64,000 nucleotides of DNA, taken from positions 3,906,001-3,970,000 of the forward strand of contig CM030336.1 in the NCBI GenBank assembly GCA_017654855.1, given 5' to 3'. Below are positions 62,028 to 64,000 of this stretch, piece after piece. Position 1 is the first letter of the stretch; every line of letters begins with the position of its first letter. The DNA comes from Podospora anserina (Eukaryota). Position numbers and translations under genes: made by a program. The notes beneath the pieces are model-generated. The model was not told where the DNA came from and did not search any database. It saw only the letters and a program-made list of their open reading frames with translations.

Positions 62028-62059
<32 letters not shown>
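62028..62059 (+). repeat. (CA)n microsatellite in the presumed frq 5' leader
   Basis: Seen directly. Confidence 0.95.
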
Positions 62060-62060
<1 letters not shown>

Positions 62061-62826
62061 CAATACACCACATCAAACAATAGAGACAGACATCGCCAGC
62101 TTCAACAACACACAAGAACACCACCCGACCCTAAGGGTATCAAGGTATGTGGAGACGTTTTCCCTATATTGTATCTCCCTCTGCCGCAACCGCCAAAGTC
62201 TAGAAGTGTGATTTTCACAGCCTTGCCATGGTGGGCCAACGTTGTTGCTTTCGCACCGGGCATTCCACCACCCTGCTTTTTTGTCAGTCCAGTCGTTCCG
62301 AGCGCTCAAAAAGAAGAAGACACTACTCTGTCCAAAGCGCGCGCGCCCGCTGCACCACACATCTTGGCTTTCCACCGGTCTTCTTCCCTTTCCTCGCCAA
62401 TTTTACCATTTACAGCAATTCACTCCTGGGGCAGCGGTTTTTGGAAAAGCAGTGTCGAATCCAGAGCGTTCGATCGACACCATGACAGCCGGAGCTCCCT
62501 CGCCGCCTGTTCAGCGAGTTTCGCCACAGCCCCCCCTGTCTGCATAGTGTTCGAAGTTCCAGCATCAACAGCTAGCTCTGCGCAACGTTTCTGATGAGAC
62601 TTATTAAATAGGCCCTTTTTTCGCAATTGCCTCTTGTCTGCCACGGCTCTACAGCCACGCACACACTGGTCTCTTGAGAGCTGGGTGTGCACCACAACCG
62701 CAACCGACCGCACCGTTGCACGCGACCGAACCCTCGGGACGGCGCGGACTGTTGCGGGGCGCGCCGGTAGACCAAGTCGCCGTCAAGCTTCAAAAAAAAA
62801 ATAGGTCGAGCATGTAACGGCCCCCC

Positions 62827-64000
62827 ATGGCGGACGACACAAGTCACCAAGTCACAACTGATTTAGGTCACCCTTTGCCGCGGCGATCCACGCCCGAGAA
62901 GTCGGTGACCCTCTACCACCACCGACTGGCCCACGAGGCCAGCAAGAGATTCGAAAATGAAAAGCAACAGTCCACCCTCACCTCACACCCACAGCCGCAA
63001 ATTCATGCGCAACCACAGGCCACAGCGTCGCCCAGGAGGGATTCTTCCGGAGAGAGCAATGAAACTGATCCCAAGACCTGGTTCGATCGCTCCAACAACA
63101 ACCCAGTCGGCCATTATGATGCCTCGATGGACGTCGACCCACCGTTTTTCCAAAAGGAAACCGACTCTTCCAACGAGGGGCGAGACGGAGGTGGTGTCAT
63201 TCCAGATGCCCCCTACCTGTTCGAGGGCGGCCTTCGCCAAACTGTCACCCACAGCAGCAGTGCCGATGACTACCGCAGTGTCATTGACGACTTGACCATC
63301 GAGAACAAGCGGTTAAAGGAGGAACTGAAGCGGTATAAGCAGTATGGGCCGCCCATGATGCAGAAGGAGAAGCTGTTTGAGATCAAGATTCACGGACTAC
63401 CGAGGCGGAAGAAGCGCGAGTTGGAGGCCACGCTGCGAGACTTTGCCGCCAGTCTCGAGGGGTCGAGTGATTCACCATCGTGGAGGAAATCGAGCCGACA
63501 AGAAAAGAAGAACATGTATTCTTCTGGGGACTCGAAGCATGCGTCATCGTCTTCCTCGCACTCGCGGCCCGTGGATTCGGCCTATGCATCCATGTCTACC
63601 GGACCTAGTTCCCACGGTCCCAACTCGATAGGGAGGTCGCTCGGGCGCCCTTCTGTTGGTTCTCGCGCAAAGTCGTCGCAGCAAAAGGTGGAGAACTACC
63701 TTCGAGACACCCCCGACGGTCTGCTCCCGCGTCAGATGGTAATGACGGACAAGGAGAAGAAGAAACTGGTGGTCAAACGTCTCGAGCAGTTATTCACGGG
63801 CAAAATCAGCGGGAGGAACATGCATCGGAACCAGTCCATGTCGTCGCTCGAGGCGCCCGCACCACCACCGGATGCCGTCATGGGACCACCCAAAATGTCG
63901 GAAGCCTCGCGAGAGGCGTTCATCCAGCCGCTGGATCCTAGCCAAAAGAAGACTCGTTCGAGAGATAATGCGTCGACATCCAATGGCGATCAGACGGAGA
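62827..64000 (+). CDS. frq: Circadian clock protein FREQUENCY; 5' part, runs off the window end and is absent from the ORF track
   Basis: [20 protein letters not shown]...RRDSSGES...WFDRSNNNP...[17 protein letters not shown]...[25 protein letters not shown] (coiled coil)...[28 protein letters not shown]...[13 protein letters not shown]...[15 protein letters not shown]. These are FRQ hallmarks. Confidence 0.98.
   Translation, partial: MADDTSHQVTTDLGHPLPRRSTPEKSVTLYHHRLAHEASKRFENEKQQSTLTSHPQPQIHAQPQATASPRRDSSGESNETDPKTWFDRSNNNPVGHYDASMDVDPPFFQKETDSSNEGRDGGGVIPDAPYLFEGGLRQTVTHSSSADDYRSVIDDLTIENKRLKEELKRYKQYGPPMMQKEKLFEIKIHGLPRRKKRELEATLRDFAASLEGSSDSPSWRKSSRQEKKNMYSSGDSKHASSSSSHSRPVDSAYASMSTGPSSHGPNSIGRSLGRPSVGSRAKSSQQKVENYLRDTPDGLLPRQMVMTDKEKKKLVVKRLEQLFTGKISGRNMHRNQSMSSLEAPAPPPDAVMGPPKMSEASREAFIQPLDPSQKKTRSRDNASTSNGDQTE

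Overview
Gene-dense, intron-containing DNA from a filamentous ascomycete of the order Sordariales, most likely Podospora (anserina species complex). The assignment is inferred from a Podospora Atp9-5-like ATP synthase subunit c, the dim-2/atp9(oli)/rrp6/frq linkage also known from Neurospora linkage group VII, and C-rich 5' / G-rich 3' coding sequences. I can support about 22 protein-coding genes, mostly housekeeping: pep4 protease, an Rsc58/BRD7-like protein, a mitochondrial carrier, TIP20/RINT-1, RMD1/DUF155, CaM kinase CmkB, KRE33/NAT10, an ICT1/PTH4-like GGQ protein, a NAB3-like RRM protein, a secreted CBM19-like protein, DIM-2, a probable mitochondrial protein, SAS2-like MYST HAT, ATP9, iPGM, MED9, tubulin cofactor C, GPI1, a 92-aa membrane protein, MDM35, RRP6 and the 5' part of the clock gene frq. 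I found no transposase, tRNA, rRNA or CRISPR. Most interesting: (1) a three-exon 92-aa membrane-protein ORF whose stop lies only 25 nt upstream of the GPI1 ATG on the same strand, a candidate dicistronic or coupled-uORF locus; (2) C-box-like and pLRE-like elements, uORFs and a long/short-FRQ second AUG at frq; (3) a hypothetical protein with Rsc58/BRD7-9-type motifs; (4) a long, coding-like RRP6 intron; (5) homopolymer frameshifts in MED9 and the DIM-2 tail; (6) a foldback 22-bp minisatellite. All homology calls come from motif recognition by memory; no database searches were run.
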